Below, in pieces: positions 10,541-21,010 of a DNA stretch of 64,000 bases. Position 1 is the first letter of the stretch. Each line of letters begins with the position of its first letter. The notes beneath the pieces are model-generated. The model did no database searches, was not told the origin of the DNA, and worked only from the letters and a program-made list of their open reading frames with translations. Source of the stretch: Podarcis muralis. Its lineage: Eukaryota. The stretch spans positions 56,854,001 through 56,918,000 of the forward strand of contig NC_135657.1 of NCBI RefSeq assembly GCF_964188315.1. The letters run 5' to 3'. The translations under genes were made by a program, and so were the position numbers.

Positions 10541-12967
10541 CACCAGAGTTCTCATAGTCTTTGTACATCTCCAATGCTCTCTCTAGACTGGTGACTTTCC
10601 TAATAGGAAGGAAAATTGGGTTTTATGAATTACCTTTACACAGATCTTTCCAGCCAGTAGTGTTAACATACAGGCCACTCCTATATCTGGCCAGTAGGAG
10701 GCAAGTTTCATTTTAAAAAACAACCCTAGAAAATGTTGCTTCTTGACACAATGGTGAAATTACAAATTTCCTTTCATAGCACACACATTGCCTTTGTTCA
10801 TTTTAATTGCAGGGCTAAATCATGTTTACAGTAATCATTAGAGGGCTGCTGAAAACACATTACTATTGGTGAGCAAATCTACACCCTATGCTTGGGCTAC
10901 ATACAGTTTGGGCTACCACCATTGCGAATCTTCACATCCAGGCAAGCAGCCTCCGTCAATGTGAAGTGTGTGGCTTGAGAGCGATACAAAACTGTTCAGA
11001 AGTGACAATCTGAGTGTGGACAAGAAAGCTGGGTGTGTGTGGATCATACAGCCAATGCTTTGTTTCTGATCAACAGCTTGGATGGTGATGTCAGTGGGCA
11101 TTAAGACAAGAGTTTAACAAAATATTACTGTGGGGAGAAACCTTCATTTGACTGAGGAAGTTGTTAAGGGTTGGGGTGATATACCCTTTGATCTGTACTG
11201 TTTCAACCATCTCCTGTCCCTGGTATTTGCTCTATGGTGGAGGGGAGACTAGAGGGGCCTGTATTTTTTACACCCTTGTTACAAATGGGTGTGGCTATGT
11301 AGGGCGTGTGTGATTTAGATTAGTACATAAAGTGTGTATGATGGGAGTTTGAGAGAGACAATTGATCCCTAATGCCTCAACAGCTAAATCAAATTAGCAG
11401 CTCAATACTGCAGCTGTATTTAATTTTTAAAATGCAAAATGTTGTTGGCCCTTAGTCGGCTTTTATATGGCTCACAGTTGTTTCTGGCAACTGTGTGTAA
11501 GCTGGATGAAGCGATCATGTTGTGAATGTCTAGAACCTCTTTGGTAACTCATACACAGTGTTAGAAACTGAGATATGAAAGCTAGGAGCTAAATGCTTTA
11601 TAACAAGAACACAAAGCTAAAAATGAATGAACTGCAGCTAAAATATAATGTTCATTTTTCTCATAGTCTAGTCCTTCCCCTGCCCACCCCCCTAATATTC
11701 TTAAGAGGGTCTCTTCTCCAGTCTTCAGAGAGTAGCTGGAAGTGTAGAGACATAAAAAGATTCTCCTTTTCTTCCACTCTAAGTTTTAATTTGAAATCTT
11801 AGGCGCATTACTGTGCCCAGAGCTCAGAAACTGCTTGTGCTAATAAAATTCCCTGTCACAAAATGTGTCTAGAACAATGGGAGTTTTGAACACTGCTCAT
11901 ACAGAGTTGAATCGAAAATTCCAAAGAATCCAGCTCCATAAACTGGGTGTAACATCATAGATTCTGTGCCAGCCACCTTTTACATTTCTATGCATCAAGT
12001 TAATCGCACTCAGGAAGATGAATTAGTGCTGCCTTGACCCCACAGCAGGACTACCTGGATTTGAACCTGCCCATTGGGTTTGCACAGCTAGCCCTCCCAA
12101 CTACACACAGGAATACTGGAACTCAGTTGTTTATATCCTCTACCCTTGCCTCCACAATAGCGTTGCTATGTACTACTCAAAACCAGATGAAGAGAATCTA
12201 CCCTTAGTTGGCTGCCATACAATAAGAAACAACTTTTATTATTTCCAAATAAAAGGACTCTGGCCATTGGCCATAAAGTTTCTCAGACTAAACTTCTTGA
12301 GGTGGCTGTCATTTGTTTGCAGTGTTGCTGACCCAGTCAAAGCTAGGTGAGACAAAAGATTAGTAGCATGAACAAAGGCATCAAGCCAAACTTGGGGGCG
12401 GAGAATAGCCAACAAGTTGCTGGTTGAACACACGGCTCTGCTTTAGTCATGCACTATTAACATGAGAAGGAAAAGTCAGACTAGAAAGCATCAGAGCTTC
12501 TTCCTGATACAAGGCATCAACTTATTTGAGTTATTACAAGGCACTGGGTACCAACAGCTTAAATGTATCCCATTTATGCACAAGAGGCGCAGTAGTAGAG
12601 ATCAACTATTCTGACAAGAGTAGATTTCCAAGCAGCTGATTATCTCAGAAGAAAATTAATTTAAAGTGACATCCAGTGATGTCCATCGGCTCACGCAGCA
12701 GAAATCTGGTTGTGCAATGGGACTTCTATTTTTTATTTTATATATATAAAAAAACATTTTCTCCTCCCTCAGCCCACTGTACCCCAATCCTCCAAAGCAT
12801 GTCTTGGGACACATAGTGGGCTGCAGGGGTAGGGAAGGAAAGACAAGCCCTGTTGTGTGAGTGGCTGGGTGCCTGCTTGTACTATATTACATCTCAGACT
12901 TTTTGCCACCTGCTGAAAATTCAGATAAAAAGTTAACCTAAGCTCACAATGAAGTGTTTTGAAAAGC

Positions 12968-13121
12968 CTGGATAGCTCTGTTCGTTACGAGTGTGATGCT
13001 GATGATGCCAAGGTTGCAGGTTTGGTCCCTGTATGGGTCGTCGGCTGCATATTCCTGCACTGCAGGAGGTTAGACTATGAATAATCTAGGAAGCTATTCT
13101 GAGTCTGAAGCATGATATTCT
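12968..13121 (+). mobile_element. Decayed tRNA-derived SINE with CR1-like tail (Squam2-like)
   Basis: tRNA-like head (gccaaggttgcaggtttggtccc), then gcatattcctgcactgcaggaggttagacta resembling the CR1 3' end at 38870-38930. Confidence 0.6.
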
Positions 13122-13269
13122 GCAATCACTTTCATATCATTGAAACATCACCTTGATTATATCATAAACAATAGCCAACAGTCAACTATAGTAGTCCATA
13201 AGCTTATTTGTTCTTAAAGTTCATCCTACCTCCAGTCCCAATTACAACATATTAGCTAGAAATCAAGTA

Positions 13270-13507
13270 CAGTGGTACCTCAGGTTAAGTACTTAATTCG
13301 TTCCGGAGGTCCGTACTTAACCTGAAACTGTTCTTAACCTGAAGCACCACTTTAGCCAAAGGGGCCTCCTGCTGCCGCTGCGCCACCGGAGCACAATTTC
13401 CATTCTCATCCTGAAAGTTCTTAACCTGAAGCACTATTTCTTGGTTAGCGGAGTCTGTAACCTGGAGCGTATGTAACCTGGAGCGTATGTAACCCGAGGT
13501 ACCACTG
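13270..13507. mobile_element. Tigger-like CAGTGGTACCTC MITE, complete
   Basis: TIRs CAGTGGTACCTC/GAGGTACCACTG, TA TSD both sides, internal 16-bp duplication gtaacctggagcgtat. Confidence 0.92.
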
Positions 13508-15824
13508 TACTGTAAAACTTGCCTACCAGTTGACTCGTTCCAACTGCTTCCTTTTTGGCTGAGTAACACATTAAATGATATAAACTGCAAGCCCCTCCAC
13601 AAGTCTTGTAGAGAACGGGCACATTTGGAACCCATAAAGACAACCCAAATACAGCAACCAATGCAAAGATAAAGTACAAGATCCAGAAAACCCAATGCCA
13701 ACAGCCACAGCCTCTCCAGAGCGACTATGAAGGAGGAAACAGAAAGAAGAGGAACATAGGCTAGGAAGCATGGAAAAGTGACTTGACTACATAACCAGAT
13801 AGGCTAGAACATATCAGGATTAGAAATGTATTTGCAAAATGGATTGATCGTATCTCTTTCTTGTCAAGCCAAATTTGTAGTTGCCTGCCTGCCCCACCTG
13901 GGGCATTTCCCATGTGGTTGGGATTATGGTGCCTGAAGACACGCTGCTTGTCACATAGGCAAGGGCAGCCCATGTTCCCTCCCTGGCTTTCCCCAAGGGA
14001 ACATGTGCTGTGTTGTGTGCTGCTGCCTTGAGAACATGACAACCACCATTCCCCACTTGTTTGACTCTCCTTGGGCAAAGTGCTTTGGGCACCTTGGCTA
14101 TGCAGCTGCCAAACAATCCCCAACCTTTCTCCCTACTTTGCAGCCAAATAGGTGGCAGGGATCACTGGGCAATACTCTTCCACCTCAGCAGCTTCAAAAT
14201 TGGGGGAAAGGGCTGGGTGCTCATCATGCTTACTAAAGAATAGGACCACACCCGCTGCAGCAAACATATTTTTTTTGTTAAAGCCTGATTGCTCATTATT
14301 AGCACCAATGTCAATGTAATACTAAACCATGATTAAAGCCAACAAAGGAATGAGAAAATCTGCCCAAGATGGGTTGGCTCCCAATTTACAAAGTGCCATT
14401 TGAGAGACCCAGGATTGCATCTGCAAAGTCCCCAGGAAGCTAAATATTAACCCATCACCTAACATTAAGAGAAGTTTCACCTACTTCATCTCTGCATGCC
14501 AAACTGCTGTTAAAAAGCATAGAGAAGGGTCAGGTTTTTAATAAAAATGTTAGCCGTACTAATTTGTCCCATGAGCAAATTTCCAAGCCCAGTAGCCTCG
14601 GAAAAACGCATTCACATCAAATTTAAATGAAGGCCCCATTAAGATTACAGCAGGGGGGAAACAGAGTGCTTTTGCCTGTGCAATATTCATTACTCGTGTG
14701 GAGGTTGCACTTCTCCCCTTTTTAACAAAAGGGAGCTTGAAACAAATACTCTCTACGCACTACACCTTTAAAGCACATCTGAAGTGTATTTCCCATCCTT
14801 TGGAGAAGAATTGTATCTCTGCGAAGAGTAAACTACAGGGCTCAGAATTCTTTGAGGGAAAGAATGTGCTTTAAAGGTGTGTATATGCAGCCATGAATGT
14901 ATGGGCAGCGGTGACTAACCCAGTGTTTCCCAACCTTTTTTGGGCAAAGGCACACTTGTTTCATGAAAAAAATATCGAGGCACACCATCATTACAGCCCC
15001 GTGACGTCAGCGCGCAGCGTCACGCCGGGAGGGACGCACGAAAGTGTAACTTTCAATTTTCCCCCCTCCCCCTTGCCTTCCTTCTGTGCCAACCGCCAAA
15101 AAGCCAAGAAAAAAGCCAAGACTTTAGGGCAGCAGGTCGACACGGAAGAAGCTCCTACCTAAGGACAGGTGCGACGGCCGTGTCCTCTTCTGCCACACTT
15201 GGCAGCCCTGCCTCACGGTCGTGACTCCCACCCTGATTTCTCCCCGCAGGTCGAGCGGCACAGGCAGCCCAATGTGTCCAGCCCAGACACAAGCCCCGCT
15301 TCCCCACTCTAGATCCTGAATGCGACCAAGTGCTCTGGACTCCCGAGCAGGGTGGGAAAGAGGACTCGCATCTGGTAGCCTCCGGGCTCCTCGCCTGCTC
15401 GAGGGATGGCATTGCAGGCAAGCTGCCGGCCGTCGCCATCGCCGCCCCCTCATGCGAGTGGACCTGCCCGGAGTGGTGGGCCGGGGGAGGCTCGCTCTCT
15501 GTGGGGATGTGGCCCGCACGCGCGGCCCCGCTTCCTCCTGCCCAGGGCTGAGCTCCTTACCCGCGATCTCGGTCTCGCGCACGCGGATCCCACTTATTCT
15601 GAAGCTCGCGCCACTAGCCGGGGCTCTCACACCGTGCCAGGGCGAGGCGGCGCGGCCCACTGATGTCATCGCGGCTCGCCGCCGCCCTCGACTTCCCTGT
15701 TCCCTCCCCTCCCTCGGGTCGCCGTGGTTACCGAGGACTGCAAGCTGCTCGGGCGAGCGTGGGGCATTAAGTGGGAGAAGGAAAATTAAAATTAAAACTC
15801 GCCTGAAGGCCGCCTCTCCGGATA

Positions 15825-17120
15825 CAGTGGTGCCTCGCAAGACGAAATTAATTCGTTCCGCAAGTCTCTTCGTCTTGCGAGTTTTTCATCTTGCGATGCA
15901 CGGTTTCCCATAGGAATGCATTGAAAATCAATTAATGCGTTCCTAGGGAAACCGCCTTCAGACCAGGTCCGGGGACAGTCTGTCCCCCGACCTCTTCTGA
16001 AGGCTGGGGGGGGGGGGACAAGGGCTTTTCTTCCCACCCCCAGCATTTTAAAAAAACCCGGGACAGCGGAGGACTTCTCCGCTGTCCGGGGCAATCTTAA
16101 AATGCTGGCGGGCGGCATTTTAAAATCGCCCGGGACAGCGAAGGACTTCTCCGCTGTCCGGGGCGATTTAAAAGCCCCTGGGAAGGCAGGCAGGGGGGAC
16201 AAAGATTTTCGCCCCCCGCCCGCCTTCAGAAGAGGTCCTGGACCTCTTCTGAAGGTGGGCGGGGGCGAAAGTCTTTGCTCCCCCCTGACTGCCTTCCCGG
16301 GAGAGCGGAGAAAGGCAGCGCGTTTCACCGCTGTCCCGGATGGCTTTAGAAGGTCCTTGACCTCTTCTGAAGGCGGGCGGGGGCGAAAGCCTTTGCCCCC
16401 CCCTCCGCCTGCCTTCCCGGGAGAGCGGAGAAAGGCAGCGCGTTTCTCCGCTGTCCCGGACGGCTTTTGAAGGCAGGCTTTTGAAAGCCGTCCGGGACAG
16501 CGGAGAAACGCAGCGCCCCCTTGCCGCTGCCCCCCGACTTGGCTGGAAGGCTGGCGGGGGGAGAAGCCTGCTCCTCCCCATCGCCAGCCCCGCAAACTCG
16601 GGGGACAGCGGGAGAGGCACAGCGCGCCATCCCGTTGTCCCCCGACTTGGCTGGAAGGCTGGTGGGGGGAGAAGCCTGCTCCTCCCCGTCGCCAGCCCCG
16701 CAAACTCGGGGGACAGCGGGAGAGGCGCAGCTCGCCCTTCCCGCTGCCCCCCGACTTGGCTGGAAGGCTGGCGGGGGGAGAAGCCTGCTCCTCCCCATCG
16801 CCAGCCCTGCAAACTCGGGGGACAGCGGGAGAGGCACAGCGCGCCCTTGCCGCTGCCCCCCGACTTGGCTGGAAGGCTGGCGGGGGGAGAAGCCTGCTCC
16901 TCCCCATCGCCAGCCCCGCAAACTCGGGGGACAGCGGGAGAGGCGCAGCGCGCCATCCCGCTGTCCCCCGACTTGTCTGGAAGGCTGGCAGGGGGAGAAG
17001 CCTGCTCCTTCCCGTCGCCAGCCCCGCAAACTCGGGGGACAGCGGGAGAGGCGCAGCGCGCCATCCCGCTGTCTCCCGACATGGTTTGGAGGCTGGCGGA
17101 GGGCTTCCTCCTCCCCCAGC
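15825..17120 (+). mobile_element. One-ended Tigger-like element nested in the hAT element
   Basis: TA followed by CAGTGGTGCCTCGCAAGACG left TIR and subterminal motifs like the other Tigger-type MITEs. No right TIR found; right boundary approximate. Confidence 0.65.
16520..17120. repeat. GC-rich 108/109-bp tandem array, ~5.3 units
   Basis: The GACTT anchor recurs at 16536, 16644, 16753, 16862, 16970 and (GACAT) 17078. Confidence 0.95.
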
Positions 17121-17562
17121 CCCGCAAGCTCCCAGAGCGATGCCAAAGCTGCGCGCAGCTTCGGCATGGCTCTGGGTCCCGTTCTGGGGGAGGGGGAAGC
17201 TCGGGCTTCCCCCGCCCCAGCCCCACGCCTGGCGGTGGGGGAATAATTTTTTTTCCCCTTTATTCCCCCCCCGCCGCCAATTTTTCCTGCGGCACACCAG
17301 GCAACGTCTCGCGGCACACTAGTGTGCCGCGGAACACCGGTTGGGAAACACTGCACTAACCTGTGGCCTGCATCAGGCACACCATAGGTTTTTTATCTGT
17401 GTCCCTACTACCCACCCCAATTTGCTATTTAATTTTAAAAAATACTTTAAAAATATTACAGACTTCTCCTGTAGGTTATGTCTTGTAGGTCCTGCACTGT
17501 GATACTTCAGTGCCAAGAAGGCTCCCCCCAAAATAAATTTGTCACTTAAAAAAACAAGAATA

Positions 17563-17807
17563 CAGTGGAACCTTGGTTCTTGAACAGCTTAGTTGATGAA
17601 CAAATCAGCTCCCTAACACTGAAAACCTGGAAGTAAGTGTTAGTGTTCTGGTTTTTGAATGTTTTTTGGAAGCCGAACGTCCAACAGTTTCTGCTTGAGT
17701 GCAGGAAGCTCCTGCAGCCAATTGGAAGCCGTGCCTTGGTGTTTTAACATTCTGGGAGTCAAATGAACTTCCGGAATGGATTAAGTTCGAGAACCAAGGT
17801 ACCACTG
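17563..17807. mobile_element. Tigger-like MITE (second family)
   Basis: TIRs CAGTGGAACCTTGGTTCT / AGAACCAAGGTACCACTG (17/18), TA TSD. Confidence 0.88.
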
Positions 17808-18939
17808 TACATATATTTACTGACTGTTTCTACAGGTCCCCTTTTGGAAAGCACCCTTGAAGACTGCAGTTCTCACCATACTTCTACGCTTCAGCCATAC
17901 CCACTTTTGATGTGTGTCCTCTATAGAGAGTTGGCCACAGGTCCAAAAGAGAGGTTAGCCATCTCTGATGTATGGTGTGGATACTAAAACATTAGATCTA
18001 CTGGTATTTAGAAGATGACAAGGACATGTACCACATTTATTATGTCAATGAAGCTGAAATATAACCTTCCGCAGGCAAGTTATCAAAATTATTTATATGT
18101 TTATATTTTATTATTAAATTTGTTTCTAGAAGCTGCCTTGAATATTGTGAATGAGGTGACACATTAAAAAAATACAAAATTAGATGCTTGTTTCAGCAAT
18201 TCTAAGAGCCAGAAGTGACATCTGATTTCTACAATGTTTCTTTGTGCTTTGATTTATTACTTAATACCATAATTTGATGCTTTATAAAATAATGAGACAT
18301 CTGCAACATGGAGAAATGAGGCATAATCATAAGAAGAAAATGCACCCATTCAAGTTAACTACAAAAAAGCTGAAGAATTCAAAGGACCAAAAATCAAAGG
18401 GGAGTGAGTTACATTAGAAAAGCAGTCACAAATACTTTTAGGACACTCCAGCTGTTCTTGCAAGGGGGAAAAAAAGATTTGAACTTCTGGAATTTATTAA
18501 GCTTGGTAAGCTTATTGGAACAGGAAAAATGCCTAGGTATTTGCTTTTGCCAAATGAAATTTAAAGCAACTCTGAAACTATAAATCTGTTTTCAAGTCTT
18601 ATTTTTTTCAAACTGTAATCCTAGACGTTCACATTTTAATATTTTAAAATAGAACTTCTCAGAACAATTTTAACCAAACAAACTAATGACAAGACTGAGA
18701 AAGTGGTCTGCCTCAGTATTTATCCAGTAAAGATCAGCATAATGTACTAGTGTGAACTTCAGTTTTGCTGTTTGTGCAATATCTAAAAAAAGTAAACATG
18801 TCAATCTCAGTTTGTAGGATACTAGTACTCAAGCATTCCAAACAGTTACCTAAGGTTCAAACATTTACCTATGACTCCTCCATTATGGGGGATCCAATTG
18901 CTTTACATTTTATCTGGTGCAGAGTGGGCAGAGGGAGTA

Positions 18940-19078
18940 CTGTATTTTTCCATCTATAAGATGCCCCCATGTATAAGGGGGGAAATGAGGGAGATCTATC
19001 CATGTATAAGATGCCCCCAAATTTTGGACATTATTTTTTTAGGGAGAAAAACCTAGTCTTATACATGGAAAAATACAG
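18940..19078. mobile_element. Short Tc2/pogo-like MITE (139 bp)
   Basis: 22-bp TIR CTGTATTTTTCCAT(C/G)TATAAGA (21/22), TA TSD. Confidence 0.88.
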
Positions 19079-20255
19079 TAATTAAAATGGTTGCCTGCCA
19101 ACCACAAGATCAAGGTGGCCCAACAGGTAGCCCTCAACACTATTTTTGGCAGCCCTCAACAACACTGAAGCCTCCCCTCCCTGCAAGCCCATGTGCTGCC
19201 TTCCCAAAGCTGGGTAAGGAGGCACTGGGCTTTGGGAAGGAGACAATGAAGGCTCTGACGTGGTCCTAGAGTCCTCCCGCCTAGCTAGTGCTTTCTCGGG
19301 TTTGGAAAGGAGGTAAGAGGGTTCTAGGACTGGGCTGGGGGGAGCATCAAATTTTGGCCTCAACCCCCCCCCCCCCCAAAAGTGTGCAGCCCATGGTTCC
19401 ATGTCAAAGTACTCTTGTGGCCCAGTTGGTATGAAAAGTTGGAGTAATGTACTCCTCAGTTGCTTCATCACTGTAGAATGATAAAGGGCTAGTAACAGAG
19501 GGGCAGGAAGAGCCAGAGCCATTCCATCCTGCTTCCTAAAAATGAAATGCTTTAATAGGTCCTAAGTTTTTTTTATAAAATCCTGCCCCAACTGCCCAAG
19601 TCATTAAAATATAGCAAGCTTGCAGCTAACTCATTACTTGGCTGCAAAAGAGAGACTGTATCATCAGTGCAACTTTAAGTCACCTGCATTGAAGTTTGAA
19701 CAAAACACACAATGGAAAAAAATAGCTGAAGCCACCAAAGTTTGAACTGTCTCAAGTTACAACCATGAAAAATCTGCTGAGTATGATTTCTAACAAAACA
19801 CTAACATGTGGAGAGGGAGTTTGCTTGCAATTCAGCTCAGATTTGCAAACACCAGCAAGCTTTTGGTGAATCACAACGGAGACTCAGACTTATGAAAATA
19901 TTTTAAACCATTACAGCTTTGTACAGATTTAATGGTTATTTAATAGGTTGTTTAATGTTTATAAACCTGAGTTTTTCTCTGATTGCATAAAGTGATAACA
20001 CAAGCATGAATAACTGAGTTTTCAATACCACATGACTATTAATGTACGAGGAAGAGAGGGGTCATACAGACACATCCTGTCTGTACTGATGCACTCTGCG
20101 TCAGCCCCTTTCCAAGGCTCTCCTGCAATAGGACAGCCTACCAAAAACGCCTAGGCTGTCCCTGTAAGCTGGGACCCTGATCTCATTTGGCAGGCTTCCT
20201 TACTGCAGACATTCCTCCAACTCCAGGGAGCCTTGGAGAGGAGTTGGAATGGGAT

Positions 20256-20601
20256 CAGGGACGCGGACTTATAAAAAATATTGGGGGGGCCCGGGAAAGC
20301 TCATGAATAATAAATAAGCTCATGAATATGCAAATAAAGTGGCGCCGCCTCCTCGTGAGCGAATAGGGGAGAGCGTGCTGCGCCTATTAATCAGCTCCAA
20401 AGGAAATTGGGTGGAGCTTTTGCTCGGGAGGGAGGGCAGGAGGCATGCAGCCCGCCCCCCCTGTGCATTTTGGGCTGGGGGAGGGGCGGCGATGGCGCTC
20501 TGCTGGAGGGGCGCCGGAGATTATTGGGGGGGCGGAGCCCCCCCAAACGAATTTTTGAGGGGGCTCGGGCCCCCTCAAGCCCCATGGAGTCGGCGCCTAT
20601 G
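20256..20601. mobile_element. hAT-type MITE (346 bp), GC-rich
   Basis: Perfect 8-bp TSD AATGGGAT (20248-20255 / 20602-20609). Imperfect TIR CAGGGACGCGGACT vs CATAGGCGCCGACT (10/14). Confidence 0.85.
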
Positions 20602-20699
20602 AATGGGATGCAGGGGCACACATGGATAAACATATGCAGGCCTGCTCTCCTGCCTGGCACATGGTCCTGGAGGCTCAAATAGTGCTACAGGCTACAATC

Positions 20700-21010
20700 C
20701 AAAACATAAATACCTTAAAACAATAAAATGAAAATAACAACCAGAACTAACACTGCAGCTCACAGTTGATCTCATCTAGATTAACCCCCTTCAAAGGGTT
20801 GGGTGAAGAGGACTTCAAAAACCAGTTAGCAAAAGTGCCAGTTGTATCTTGGAGGGAAGTTCTATAAATGAGGTGTCACCACAGAGAAGGCCCTACCTTG
20901 TGTCACTGTAGGCTTTACCCAGCGGTTAGACAACAGAAGGACCTCTCCTGCAGATCTCAATACAGAGGTGTTCCTTTAAGTATTTGGGTCCCACGTTATT
21001 TAGAGCCTTA
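20700..21010 (-). mobile_element. Decayed L2-like fragment
   Basis: caccacagagaaggcc is the reverse complement of ggccttctcggtagtgg seen in the 8926 L2 copy. Confidence 0.4.

Larger units (their letters stand above)
14921..17353. mobile_element. Composite non-autonomous hAT element (2433 bp), no transposase
   Basis: Perfect 15-bp TIR CAGTGTTTCCCAACC / GGTTGGGAAACACTG. 8-bp TSD GACTAACC / CACTAACC (7/8). Confidence 0.9.

Noticed and set aside
16520-17120. CRISPR-like array
   Set aside because: The units are contiguous with no unique spacers, there are no cas genes, and the context is a vertebrate intron.
15792-17380. Long overlapping ORFs of 188-501 aa on both strands
   Set aside because: They arise from a GC-rich tandem repeat with a period near 36 codons. 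They are open in many frames at once, low-complexity, and show no transposase (DDE/BED) or other domain.
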